Shown here piece after piece: positions 30,993 to 46,100 of a stretch of DNA of 64,000 nt. Under the pieces are notes generated by a model. That model was not told the DNA's origin. It saw nothing but the letters and a program-made list of their open reading frames with translations, and ran no database searches. Source of the stretch: Tubiluchus corallicola (Eukaryota; Animalia; Priapulida); the NCBI GenBank assembly GCA_030141605.1, contig JAQGDQ010000019.1, forward strand, positions 992,001-1,056,000, written 5' to 3'. The translations under genes were made by a program, and so were the position numbers. Position 1 is the first letter of the stretch. Every line of letters starts with the position of its first letter.

Positions 30993-33900
30993 TGCAATTT
31001 TGCCAGAGATGCAAAAAAATACTGCACTGCAATACAAATTTACATTTCACTGTTGATGAACAGACTTAAAAAAGACAAAATAGAGCTTGTACCATTTCCA
31101 AACTGCTACATCGTGACTATTTTGGCATGTTCGGCTAAGTGTGTTCGTATTTATATACAAAAAGCTAATTTTTCTTTTGCATAATCAGATTCTGGTGTAT
31201 CTCTACTAAATACTGAATAACAATTTATGTATACGTCGCTGTTAATAACGCAGGGATACATAAATGTTATACTCGCATACTTACATAATATGCCCAATGT
31301 TCAACCTTTGCTGGCAATCAAGTGTCTGATACTAACAGGTACACTACTGAAAATAAAACAATCTGCATTTCAGAAAAATAGCAAGCCTTCAAATGTTTAT
31401 AGTGCCAATCATTATTTGTACTAAACATTTTGCAAATATAAATTTTACAATACAATTAAAGGATTGGAGTGTTTGGTGTAGGTCACCTTCCATGTCTGAC
31501 TTTCAAATCAAGTTTAAATAACAGCAAATACTGCTGAGTCATATGCCAATGGAGTTTTTTGGGAAATTGCAGATGCTTTGCATTTGCTTAATACTAAGTG
31601 CATGGAGGTTGAGCTGTAAATGTCTATGACTTTTTACAATTACCTCTGCAAGCCAGAATCCAACGCAGTGTTTACTATTAATGTTTAATGATTATAGATG
31701 ACAAGAATCTAACCTGTAGATGTGTCTCAGCCACGTTCCAATGAGCCTTCTTAAAGCTGTGTAGCAGAAGAAAATTTTTTCATGGTCACTAATACATTTT
31801 TTTAAAACGCCCAACATTGCCTACCTTTGCTTACTAAACATGTATCCACAAATACTCGGCTGTTCGACTATATTACTACGGTCAGGGAATCATGGATATC
31901 CTGTATCTTATGTAGGTTTGTGAGAGTTAATTCAACAGATGTACCTTTAATTCAGCCAGGAGACTATAATTGTGTGCCTATATTTGAGGGAAGCTAAAGC
32001 TTTTGGGGAAACTTCCATTTCAGTGTAGTAGTCTTCATGTTTACAAATGGTAGCATTTATGCTAGTTACATACCTAGCTGGTCCCTTTACATAGTTTACA
32101 TTGATTTTACTAAATAACTCTGCCTGATGTAGTGAAGAATACATTTCAATTACTGTTCAACATCAACATTAACATACACGTACAATATTCACTGCATTTT
32201 AGGCATGATTTATTTTATGATTTCAACAACAAAGTGATTGTTTAAGTACCTAGCCATTACTAGACAAGAAGTTAAACAGTGAAAACATAACATACATTAA
32301 CAAACATAGAGAGTTACAAGCTTAAATGCTTTTCAATGTATTACAATTTGCATTTACCAGCTAAAAATACTGTATAAAACAGACATATATGCGCAGTAAC
32401 TAGATCTAAGAATTGAGATTCTTTAGAAAAAAACTGCAAATATTATAATGAATTTGAGATGTCAATGCAGTTTACTAGCTTTAGCTCTTATACGTGCAAT
32501 ATCATAATTATATAAGGTTAATTAGACATTAAGTGACATTCAACTGGCAGCCCTACAAGGCACCAAATGAAATGACACTTCTTTACTAATCAAACTTGGA
32601 AAAAATACATAAAGATTTGTGCTTTGGAATAAATGCTGAAAATGTTACTATGTAAGAGATTCTGCAAGAAGAAAGAAACAGAAAACGTACTATCGCAAAA
32701 TATATTACAGGAAAAACATCAGAGAATACGTTTAAATTGATACAGAAAAACTGCTTCACCTTCTTGCCCAATAAAGTTTAAAAATACAACAAATAGACTC
32801 CCTATGCTTTAACAGATACTGTACTAGGTAAACAATCACGAGATTTTCAATAAGATCACATTATTATAACAACAGGCATCAAAGGAAATGAATATTTGAA
32901 CATCCCAGTCAAAAGTCTTGCCCACTGCATGATTATAAATGCAAATTTTCCTCTGTGACTAAAAAAGCTTCTAAATTGACACACAAACAAGGTAAATCGT
33001 TAATAATTTTGCACACGAAAAAAGTTAAATCTTATAGTGTAGTTTTGCAGCAAATGGAAACAAAACGGTAAAACACACCACTGGTTCCAAACTAACTAAC
33101 AGGACAAAAGATGCTCTTCTTTAACGTTTCATAACAACATACAATTACCATTTTTCAGTATAACATACATCAACAGACCCTGATAAGTTACACAACAAAT
33201 AAACAACAGAAATGATAGTTCTTGAGGTTTGGACTGATTTTGAGCAACCACTTCTGTGTTTCGAATAAACGTCCCAAGCTTTGCAAAAATCTACATTGTT
33301 TCCCATGTCATGACGTCACTTACAGAATCCAGACACTAAAATAATATGAGTGACTGTCAGTAAAACTATAAGCCACCACTATTAAGACTTTAAAACCTTG
33401 ATCTAACTGTAGCTATGGATGAGCTGTTCTTCATTTAACTGAAGTATTTCTTATAATTACGGCGAAAAATACATAAACAATTTACGAATTATTTATTACA
33501 CATGAAAATTCAGTTAATGTGTATTAAATTCAGAAGTAATTTAATTTTGTAGAGTTCACATGTCTCACTTTTGTTAAATGAAAGACCTTTCCAATTAAAT
33601 TGCAAGACTTTAATGCATAATATTTATATAAAATTAGGTCTGAATAAATTTGTTTTTTTGTGCCAACAGATATTTTACTAAATTAAGCATATACAGAAAT
33701 GCACACACGTAGAGCACTAGAGTGCAGAAAATAAAAGGGAGCAGACACGGAAAAATCAAACTTATAAAACGAATTTAAATGAGAATCTATTTAGTTTAGC
33801 TTCTATAAATGACCTTTCCATGAGTCGGCTTGCTTACAAAGCTGGAAGCCAATAAAAACAGAAGTCTGCAGCAGTAATTAATTGTTAAAAATAACAATTG

Positions 33901-34164
33901 CAATCTACAAAAATCTTCATGTTGCCTGATATGACTTCACGAAACTAAAAACTGCCTTACTAAGTGCCATGGAAAATAATGAAATCACAAGGCCAGAATA
34001 TCCACTTAATCCCATATCTTTGGCCCCAACAGAGCAGTGTTTTCCCATTACTCAGGACTCACTACATGTCCTCAATGTATGCACAACATTAATTACATGT
34101 TCTTGGAATGTGTAATTAATTCATTAACAGAAAAAACCTCTGAACTTTTACTCACATAACAGAT

Positions 34165-37100
34165 TCACTGCTCAACTTCGCAAAGTAAGTCATCTCCCTG
34201 AAGTTTCTGTCCTCGCTTGACATGAATCTTAGCAACTTTACCACCGAAAGGTGCATTTACAACCATTTCCATTTTCATGGCTGACAAAACACAAAGAGGT
34301 TGACCTTTCTCCACCTGAAAATAAAGGATGATTACTTTATAATAATGTCAACATAAACAATCAGTCTCTTCAGCAGCAAATAAACATGCTCTCCATTTCA
34401 TCCTTACCTAACTGTCCATTTTGTTTGACATCAGTCGTCAGAGTTTACATTAAAATGTAAATGTAAAAATGTTAATAGGACTAGCTGCAATTTGATTTAA
34501 CATTGATTCTAACTTTTGAGTCACACACGTCACTGCAATTATTTATGCAAGTGGTACATAATTTAAAAATCGAGGCCTCTATTAGCATGCTTATAGCACC
34601 AGGAGTTTATTACATGCAGAGCAGGAATTTTGGTGCATTAAAATGTTTGAAATGCTCTAAAACAAAAGACAGGTCCACAAGTTACAATGCCAGTTCAGAC
34701 ACTAGCTGTGTTTTTGATATTTTTGTAATTAATAAGTCTTTTAATAATTTTGCAAGAACAGATGACAAGGCTTTTTCATTATTAACGCCTCTAACTAACT
34801 TTAAAAAAAATTGTCTTATCCAAATTATATGTTTATACTAAGTTATCAAAATTGTTTTAACAATTAAGCCTAATTATGAAACAAATAAGATTGAATATAG
34901 TCAAAAAAACAAGTTAGCATAATTCAGTTCCTAAGACAAAAAACTGTCTTATCATGTCCATGTGAATGACCAGTTACATACCGTGTTCCCCACTTCAACA
35001 CGAACATCGACAACAGTACCAGGCATAGGGGAGCCAACATGTTCGGGTATGTCCTTATCTGCCTTCGGATGATGTGAGATCGTCTAAAATGAGAAACACC
35101 AACAATTAACATTTATTTTAGCAGCAACAGATTTGCGATATTTTATTACAGAGAGAATGCTAACATCGAGATCAAAATAATAGTACGAAATCTTACACTT
35201 GGAAAAAACAATCAAATGCTTCCGAACAGTCACATGCTGATTATCACATATCACATAAATTAAATCACATAAACCACTGCCAGCAGCAAGAATTTCGAGG
35301 ACTGTAAAAAAGTACTAACGTACCTTCTGAGCGGATTTGTCTTTTATATACATGGTTCTTAACTGACCATTAAGCTCAAAAAACACTTCCCTCTTTCCTT
35401 CTGCTTTAAGATCAGACATTGCTAAAGTACTAATGTGAAGAGTCTTTCCTTTTTCAATTTCAACCTACAATAAAACAAAATGAAAATTTTTACAAGAAAA
35501 TCAATAGGTGTTACAAACAGATTAGCAAAGTGACATAGCAACATATAGTAATATAGTAAAGAATGATTTATTAAAATTCAGGAGATGTAGAGACAATATA
35601 TGAACAGTAATAAAAAAACTTAAAGTATATTTATTTAATCCACTTCTAATTAGCAACATAAATAATTATTTATACCGTCATTTCTTCTGCAACTTTTGGA
35701 CCAACCAAAAACAGTCGTGTTGGAAGAACAGTGACTGGACCATAATTCTTGGAAAAATTTTTAAAGTCATCAAGAACCTACAAAAAATTAATTGCATAGA
35801 TTCTAATTTTTGTTTTAATAAATGAGATCAAAAAAATTTGTGGTGTATCAAAAATTAGCAAGTGCTGCCAGTTAGAATATGACTTTGGCATTTAAAAGAC
35901 TCGCACTTCTAGAAAAGAAAATTGTCCAACACCATTCCAAAATGAATCACAAATTGCAAGAAATAATTATTATTAAGCTTATTCACAAAATAAAATAACT
36001 TTATTAACATAGAAACAGAAGGTTTTGGCTGTTCTACAGCCATTCTCAGAGGATCATTAAGTAAATAACCAATGTAAATAATAATCTTAATCTAAATCTT
36101 AAAACATTCCTAGTGGAATAGAACCATATTATATTACTAAACTAATAAAACTGAGCTATCAAACCGAAGTAAAATGTTTTTTATAAGTAACAAAATCAAA
36201 TGCTACAGCTGACTTAAAGCTTGATTATGCGAACTATTAGTAGCAGTCGTAGCAGGATTTACAGTATGTAAATTTGATAGATAAAAATTTTAATTCATGT
36301 CTCTATAATTGTGAAATGTTATTGTCATAATTCAATCAAATACAATTACATTTCCTAAATTTGCACTGAATTACCTTAGGGTACATAGCAGAGCTCATTA
36401 CATCATAGTCATTAATGTAGTCTTCGCCATGTTTTGCTATTAAGTCGGTCTTCAATTTTCTCATATCTAGTGGGGGCATGTAAGCTCCAGGCCGGCCTTC
36501 AACTTTTGATTTTCCTCTTAAAATCTATACAAAAAATGGCAACGGTGACACAGCAATAACAATCACTAAATATTTTATTACAAAAAACATTTTACAAGTT
36601 TAGCTTGGGAAATAATAAGAAGTTGTATTAAATACCTTTAGCTCTTTCAAAATTGACATCAGTAATTGAAAAATTTCTAATGAATAAAAGAAAAAACTTA
36701 TTTTCCTAAGTTCTTGTCTTGTAAATGCTGGCAAACTTAGCTTGAACAGTGAATGTTTTGTTAAGACATATACATTAAAAACAACATGTTACACTCGCAC
36801 AAGATTTTCACATTTTGAACATCTTTTTCACCACCTGTGTATGATATTTGTAACAGCAACTTAGCAGCTAAAATTGGACCAGATTGTACACAAAATATGT
36901 CTCAAAAAAGCACAAGAGCAGCTGATTATTGTTTTGCAGCTCATTTGCAGAAGTAATGTCTTCATTTGAACAAGCAATAAAGCTGCAAAATTTGTTCAAT
37001 TTAAACGATTTTCTAGCATTTTATGTCCTAGTCCACGTTAATCGAGTCCAAAAAATTTTCGACGCTAATAGCAAACTATCTCTACTTAAACCTAATAGTA

Positions 37101-40100
37101 CTTGTACAAAAATAATAAAATTGAAATTAGTTTTTTATCCAAATACGCCATTCTTTGTATTTACTTTAGTCCTGAGTGGTTCTGGCCATCCTCCATGAGG
37201 TTCACCCAGCACACCTTGGAAAAACTCAATAACAGATACGGGAAACGACAGCTCTTCTGCTTTTTCCTCCACATCCTTTCCTGTCAATTTATTTTGCACC
37301 ATGAACTGAGCTAGATCTCCGACAACTTTTGACGAAGGAGTCACCTGTTGAACATCGTAAAAGTTCATGTCACTTTCAAATAGTTATATGTCACCATTTC
37401 TTAATGGTGATGTCATTAAATTTAGAAATTACCTGTCACTAAAATTCTGGGTGGAATCTGTAACAGCCAGTAATATTTGTTTTGCAGTAATGTAATGCAG
37501 GGGAGTTTCAATTAAGATAAATGTTAAACATAATATCATGGGTAGAATTAAAACTGCTGACTAACATTCTTATTTCAGAATGAAACAAAGGAAAAATGAT
37601 GATGAAACTTCTACAAGTACTAAAATGGAATGAATCACAAAAGTCAAACGTGCAACATAAGTTCGCATCACACATGTAGGATAAACTCTAATAACCAAAA
37701 TACATTTCAGAAACTGGCAGTGTAGAATGCAAGGATGCTCATGTACTAGAAAAAGAAGATATTTTTGGTATTAGCAATGCCACCTCCAGTTGATACGGCA
37801 GGCGCCGCTTAATAGACTCACTTTGGGACCGAAGTGTTTTGACGCAATTAACCGACTGAACTTATTAACCCATGCATATTTCTAGTTTAGAAGTATGAGT
37901 CATCAGCTTAGTATGCACTGCAAAGGCTTTTAATGAATTTTAGCAACAAAGTAATGCCAACTAAATTCCTTTGTGCAGTTAAAAATTTAAAAAAATATTT
38001 TAAAATATTAATTTACATAAGTGAATTAGCAATAAATAAAAAAGTATACTTTTCTAAATCACATAAGTCATCAGCTTAATATGCACTGCAAAGGCTTTTA
38101 ATGAATTTTAGCAACAAAGTAATGCTGAACTTGGCTCACAAAGTTCTCATAATTATAAAAACGTTAAAATCTGTTGCTGTGTGATGCACATATTCTCGTC
38201 AAAATGTTTAGCGCTTGGGCACGCTTGAGCTGCAGTTGGTGGTGCCCTTGTTTCCTCACAAGTGGTTTCGTCTGATACTGCCTGATTGCTGTACCTGCAT
38301 CTTCGACTGGTGACTCATTAAAGGTGAAAACGCGATTCGCAAAAGGAAAAGAGCTTCAAAAGGAAATCGCTAGACAAATGATTAAATGTTTAGCTTCCAG
38401 AAATGCTTGGGTAACGAGGTTAATTGCAGTGGACGAGCGTGTAGCAGATTCAAAGCAAAACCACTATGCTAGCATATTAGCACATGATAAACGTACCTAC
38501 TTACAAACAAAACGGTACTTAACATGATTATTTCTACATATATTATAGTACACAAAATCAACCCAAAGATGACATAAAGGCAGTAAAAGCTCTTTGGGCA
38601 CATACAAATGTCTTATCTTAAGTATGCAAAGGAAAAATATTGAGTCAATTATGCTAAGTTATTTGAGTCAATTGCCGTTAGTTTTTATGTACATTTAAAT
38701 AGAAGAGGATCGTACCAGGCATTTTTGAATCAATTAAGCGATCGAGTCTATTAACCATGAGTCTATTAAGCAGCGCCTACTGTAGTTGAACATGTGACTG
38801 GGGTATGTCCCATAAACCAGTCATGCACTATACATAATTCCACTAAAAAGTTTTCTGCATTCCTTACTTTTCAGAAAAGTCAAATCCATTGAAATTTAGA
38901 TAGTAATCATGGAGATACTGTCTCAAACCCAGTTTTACAGCTTCAGTCCTATTAGTAGTTTGTTTAGTAGAAATAAATAAAAACAATTAATTGTTTCTCA
39001 TCTTATACATTATGTCATTAACCATGCATTAATTATTTAATATGCCATGGCCTGTCATTTTAGCCAAAGATTAACAATTCAATATGCACAATATTAATAT
39101 TTAAAAATCAACCTTTATAATGTCGCCAAGAAGTTGATTAGCTTCTATATAAGCTTTCTTCACTTGCTCAAATTGCTCTCCCAAACCTAGACTAAATGCT
39201 TGGAACTGCATGTTAGTGTACTGGCCTCCTGGGATCTCATGCTCATAAACATCACTAGAACCACTTTTCATTGTAACGGCACACTCAAATGGAGCATACA
39301 ACAACCGTGCTTGCTCCCAGTAAGCAGAATAAAAATACACATTTTGTAGATCAATTCCTATAAGAACAAAGTTATTATTATAATATCACAAAAAATTACA
39401 AAAACAAACCAATTTATAACCAGATTATATAAATGTTATCTAATTAAATATAGTTAGGTGACTGCTGCAATATCTCTTTTGAGCAGTTTCATCTGCTAAA
39501 ACTGTTTCCAGCTATTTATCTCATTCAGAAGGATATATCTGGCACCCAAATGTGGTCAAGACAACACTTTCCTGTCAATGTGTCATGTGTGTGAATTTTC
39601 CTTGCACAAGCACCTGATGTTGTATGATTTGCTGTGGAGTGATGTATCCTGACTTGCAGAAACTATATAAGAAATGCACAATGACAAAGTTCATAATACT
39701 AACCTGTGTCTTGCTCAGTACCCTTTACTGCAGCCACAACAGCACCCATGCTTGGTTGTGATGTCATTCCTGACATGGAATCCACGGCAACATCAACAAC
39801 ATCAGCACCAGCATCCGCACAAGCCAGGTTTGTAGCTACACCTGCACCTGCAGTGTCATGTGTGTGAACATGAATGGGAATGTCTGGGTACTTTTCCCGA
39901 AGAGAACCAATTAGTATCTTAGCAGCTCGAGGTTTCAATAGACCAGCCATATCCTGAAAATAAGAGAGAGTGCAAATGAAAAACAGAGAACATTTGTTTT
40001 ACTTTCTCAACAGAAAAATTCTATGAGCACACCATAAATCGTATCTACACTATTTTCAAGCCTGCGAAAATCTACCAACTAATAATACACTATTTCGATA

Positions 40101-43100
40101 ATATGGAAAGCTAATTAGTGTTATGGAAAACTAGAACAGCATTACAATGCATTATAATCACTGCACCTGGGAAAACTTAGATAAATAAATAACTTACTTT
40201 TATGCAAAGTACATGGGTACCGGCTTTAATTAACTGGTCAGCAAGTTTCATGTAATATTGGAGATTGTATTTAGTTTTCTTTGGATCTGATACATCACCA
40301 CTATATGAGATTGCTGCTTCAACCACACCACCTATTTAAAAGAGTGTGTTAGCAGTTGCAATTATAGGTGAATTAAATTTAAGATACAAATGAATAATGA
40401 CAAGACTTCAACTCTTTGTTTAAAAAGCCAAAAAGGGGAAAATCAGAAAGTTTTTGCCTTCTATTGACACTTAAAACCAAAACCTTTTTTGCTTCACACA
40501 GCATTCACAATTAATTAAAAAAATGTTGACAAAAAGTATGACTGTATGCCATTGCAATTTTTTACGAATAAACTGATGTCTTGTCTTTCTTGATGTCTAG
40601 TGTGATGATGAAAACCATGCAGCATGTAACACAAGTTAAAATAATAATTTAAAGGTCTATACAAACCGTTGAGGTTTTTTAATATATTAAGATCAAAGTA
40701 TGTATAGTTACTTTTCAATAAAAGAAGCGTATAAATTAAATAGTCTGTTTGTTTTCGATTTCGAAAGTGCAAATTTGTGTGAAGGATGCCATGTTTTGAG
40801 GCTTTTGGCATGAGTGTGTGCAAATGATGTAACATGCACGTCCAACTTCTGTGGTTATCAATACTTATGGCAAAGCTTGTGTGCATTCATAGCAGAAAGA
40901 GTATTGTAATCATTATAAGCTCAGTTATTATTCTTTGGTGTTGGTGCTAAATTTTTGGGTTATATGATAAATTCTCACACTAAGTTTTTCTTTTGGTTCA
41001 AGTATAATTTTTAAATTAATTAGTCTACATACGTGAATAAACTTAGCGATCAAATAGGCCTACCTACATTATATTTAAGTCAATTTAAATGAAAATTAGT
41101 CTCATTATTTGCAGGTGTTTCAAATCTAGGTTTTATTTATCAGAACCTTAATGACAGCTAGCTCAACTGTTTTGATAATTTCTAAGCCGAGTATGATTAC
41201 AAAAATACAATGAGTTTGTTCAATTAACAGTATTCGATGTAATACGTGCTTTAAGGCGGGAAAGTCTTGACAATGATTAGTGTCAATTTAAATCATGTCT
41301 CACCTTAAAAATGCATAGTTTGGCAAAGTAAAATTGCTGACTGCTTTTACGCTTGGGTCTACTAGTGGTGGAGCTACATTGTTAAGTTGGAAAATAGTAA
41401 ACAGCACTTAAAAATTAAAAAAGTTATGGTATGTAAAATAAAATTTGCACAAGTTTACGGTTTCAACTTGAGACAGTCTAACCATAATACTAAAATCGTA
41501 AAACTTATTACTTCAACCATGCCTAATACGACACTATTTTCATTCCAGCATCGCCATCCTGCTAAATCAAAATAATTATTTTATTTCAATAGGTACGGCA
41601 TTTAAATCTGCATCCCAATACTAACTGATTATTTCTACAGCATACACAGTAATGAGGTAGGCCCACTGCACAATGGGAAGGGGGGGGGGTCACTACTTCC
41701 TGAGCCAGTTACTAATCTAAGGCTTAATAAGCTTACCACATCAGTTAAGCAGTTTGAAAAACAAATTTGAGTTTCGTAAGAATATTATAGAATTGATTAT
41801 TATAAATTATTAATTTATCACCTAACAATTGCTCTGTACTAGAAACATCCAACCCACCTTCCATAATCGCTGCAGCAAAAACTACGTGTATTGTGTGTCA
41901 CTCTCTCAATGTCAAATGTTCACAGGCATTGATGGATTTTGAGTTACAGTAGTTTTGAAAAATGAGCCAGAATTTGTCTTTACTATTGCTAAAAAGCCGG
42001 TGCTAAAAACTATATTAGGGATTACTTCAAATATCAAGATCCGGTCACTGAAAACATTTTTACTAATATAACCATCTGCAAATAGTGTGAAAATTAAGTC
42101 AGCACAACATGCAATTGAACAACAAAAGCACTTGAAGTGCAAACATCCAGAGACTTATGCATAGGCTATATAACCACGTGTATAAAATATGCCCTCGTTA
42201 GCGGTCAAATTATGTAAGTCATCTCGTGCAATGAAAAAATGGCAGTCGTGCAAATTTGTGACCGTGAATAACAGTTATAAAGAATCGAATGAAACCAGTT
42301 TTACAGTAAGTTTCTAGTAAAATAAATATAATACTTTTGGTCACCGTAACATTCTACGCTGCAGAAGCTTACATTATAAAAAGGATTTAGTTAGACTTTA
42401 AGGACATAAATGATACCTTGCCACTGTCATTTATCATCTCACTAAAAAACTCCATCTTAAAACTGTCAGTTTGAACTAGGCCAAGCAGATGGAAGAAAAA
42501 AGGCCACTTCCTTTGTATTATATATTTCTTTCTCAGTTCAAAACAAATTTGTTCGTACAATAGAATAACCTAACATTTACAATAATAAACATCTGAAATT
42601 AGGCCCAAACCATTAAATCACACCTACTTACCTGCTTTTCCTGCAGCCTCCATACCCAGAATGAGATTCGGCACGTAATTCAGGCAATCAAACACTCGGA
42701 AAATGTCCATACCACACTGCTTGGCTAATTTACAAAACCTGTTTAAATCAAAACAAATACTATTATAAGCTTTATTTATTATAACTCTCTGTAACATAAT
42801 AACATAATATAAATGCTACGTATTATTATTTATATTATTATATAAACATTGTTATACTGTCATGCATAAACAGTATTTCAAAGGAATTTAATTCAGAATT
42901 CAGTACATGGCGAAATCTGATTTTGTCTCATTTATCAATAATAACCAGTCTAAGACAGTAAACGAACTGGCAGCACTATCGTAGCCATGTTCTGATGTAC
43001 AAGGTGTTAAAAAATCAAAAAATTGACCCCTCTGTACAGAAGAAACAAAATGGAAAGAGTAAAAACTGACAAATCTATGAAAAAGAGCATTATATTTTGA

Positions 43101-46100
43101 ATAAAGAAAATCTTATCTTAACATCTAGTGTTACCACAATTCTGAGCTCCAACAGTTATTAACAGCAGAGGCAATTGCAAGAATTTCCGAACTAGACTGC
43201 TGTCGTGAATAATTTTTTCAGAATTTTACTGATCTTTGATTTCTGGTGATAAAATGATCAGTAGCAATGCACAGGCATTTTAGCATTCGAAATGCATTAA
43301 GGGCACTGAGTTTCACATTTCGGGGAGAATAGCCAAGTGGTCACATAAAATTCATGCTCGTAATGCAACTTACAGGCTGAAACACATGAAAATTAACACA
43401 ACTAATAACACATCAGCTGATAACTTTGCATACCGAGTGCAGTTTAGCTATTTTAGTGTATAACTAACTTAATAAACTCCAACATACTCAAACACAACAT
43501 TGTCGGGGTATGTAGTGTATCCGACAGCATTTGCTCCTCGTAAAAGCATCTGGAAAGGAATGTTTGGAATTTTTTGTCGAAGCGTTTCCAACCTCTCCCA
43601 TGGACACTCATACAAGAATCTCATAGCTACATCAAATGTTGCACCTGTTAGAAACACAAAGAATGGAAACACAAGAATGAATACCATTCATCGAACAAAA
43701 TAACACAAAAAATAATCGGTTGTAGTTGAAGAAATGTAACAAAATTAACATTTATGAAGTGTTAGTAAAATACTGATGGTTTCTTCTTTGCTACGAATAC
43801 TAACAAAACAACTAGAATGCGTACATACACAGTTAAATATAGAATTCATTTTGTACATGTAAAATACAGATAATATAGAACATAAATTAACAAAACAAAG
43901 CAACACTACTCATCTCAAATACGTTTGGCCTAGTCTTGACCATTATATAACTTACGTATAACCAAAACTCTCAGCACCTATTAACAGCCCTTTTTAGCCT
44001 CAAAACAGCTAAATAAAATAGAATTTATTATAGCGACAGAAGAATGTGTTTTTAACTTTTTTAAAGTGAATACTTAATGGCATGAATGCAGTGTGAAATC
44101 AAGCATAATCGTCACTGTTGTTATTTTTTGCAGCAAAACTACTTCAACTCTTGCTCAATCTTTACTCAGCTCTCAATATAACATTGTTTACTTTTGCAAA
44201 ACCCATCGTTTTGTATTACGAAAAAACATTTGTTTCACATTACCGAATATAAATAAAATTTTGACATTGCACTAATGCTAACTGATGATAAACATGAGAT
44301 TATAAAATCTTGAGTGTAACAGAATAACCTAACTGGTGATAAACATGAGTTTATAACATCTTGAGTGTAATTGAATAACATGTATAAACAAGTGTATAAA
44401 CAACAAATAATATATAACATTACCTCCCCAGTTTTCCATACTGTATAAGTTGCTCAAATTATGAGCCATAAATGGTGATATTCGTGCTAGATCAAAGGTT
44501 CTCACTCGAGTTGCTAGTAGTGATTGATGTGCATCACGGTATGTTGTGTCCATAAGAAGAAGACCCCTGTGCTTACGAACAGCCTTAGCAAATCCTTCTG
44601 GTCCTTCCTTATCGAGAATATCTTTCCAACCTTGTGGTTTACGAATTCCTAAATTGTAGAACTATAAATTATATTAAACGTATGCTATGTAGCGCAAAAT
44701 CATTCAAGCGTTTTCACAGCAAGAGTTCAGACAAATCTGTAAATGAATGACTCAATGTCGAATACTGTTAACATTTGAAGATGAATATGATAAAAAAAGT
44801 GCTGTTCAATTTTGTAATATTGATGCAAAATGCAGTGAAACTTACGAGGTCCAGGTGTCTCAGGAACAATGGGTTCAACTGTTGAAGGTTGCAAGCCAGT
44901 AGCAAGTGGTGTTGCCGGACCATTTACCATGACATCACCGAGGTAGTTTAATAGCTTCTGAGCTCTGTTCTGACTAGGCAAGAACTTAAAAAGACCAGGA
45001 TGCTCATCTATAAAGTATGTGTCTATTGTGCCTTGAAGAAATTTTGGATGCTCCAGTACATTAAGTAGAAATGGAGAGTTTGTCTACAATGAAATATAAA
45101 ATTATAAACTCAGTATGCAATGTTATACAGTGTTAATTGAAAATGAAACAGTGTTAGATAATGTATGGTCTCATTTGACGTACGGTCTAAAATGCTTTTT
45201 ATTTCCTATAATAGTACCAATGTTTTTACAACCTGAATACAACTATTGACATAAAAACTTAGTTATTAGTCTACAAGTACTATTGACAATGGTATCACCA
45301 TTATTTACAATTTTCCAATAGGAAAAATCTTTCACTTGTGTCAACAATATCACTGGCAATCTTTCGTGACATTGACAGTGAAACAAACAATAGGAAAATG
45401 CAGAATATGATTCCAATAATAATTGTAGATTCATAATACAAACTAAAAAACACACTTTGTTCTAATAAATTTTGCAAACATTTAAACATAATAATATTGT
45501 GCACCATTAAAGCTCATACAGTAGGCGCCGCTTAATAGACTCACTTTGGGACCAAGGTGTTTTGACCCAATTAATCGAATGAACCTATTAAGTGATGGGT
45601 ATAGTATTACTGGTACAGAAGTACGAGTCAACAGATTACTATACACTATACACTGCAAAGAATTTTAATGAATGATAATGAATCTGTTGTTGTATGATGC
45701 ATAAATTCTCGTAACATACTTAGTGCTTGGCGTGCCTAAACTGTTGGTGGTGCCCGTGTTTCCCACGAGTAGCTTCGTCTGTAGTTTCGTCTAAGCTCTA
45801 GCTTGCTATTGTGACATACTTACTGTACTGTACCTGCGTCCCTCGCAAAACAGCAACATCTAACTGATTAAACTTTCTGGAAAGATAGTCAGAGCTTCAA
45901 AAGCAAACTGCTAAGCAAGTGATTAAATATTTGGCTTTAGTAAATGTTAATTTACTTTTGCATTTAGACAAAAGTAAACTAAGATGACATAAATGCTTAT
46001 TAGTCACAGGACAGTGTCCTATTGAATCATGTGAAGAAAAAATATCGAGTCAATTATGCGGAGTTATTTGAGTCAATTACCGATGGTTTTTATGTACATT

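Noticed and set aside
34088-34120. Hairpin in the PC 3'UTR
   Set aside because: The stem is almost all A/T and lacks SECIS or IRE consensus, so it is expected by chance.
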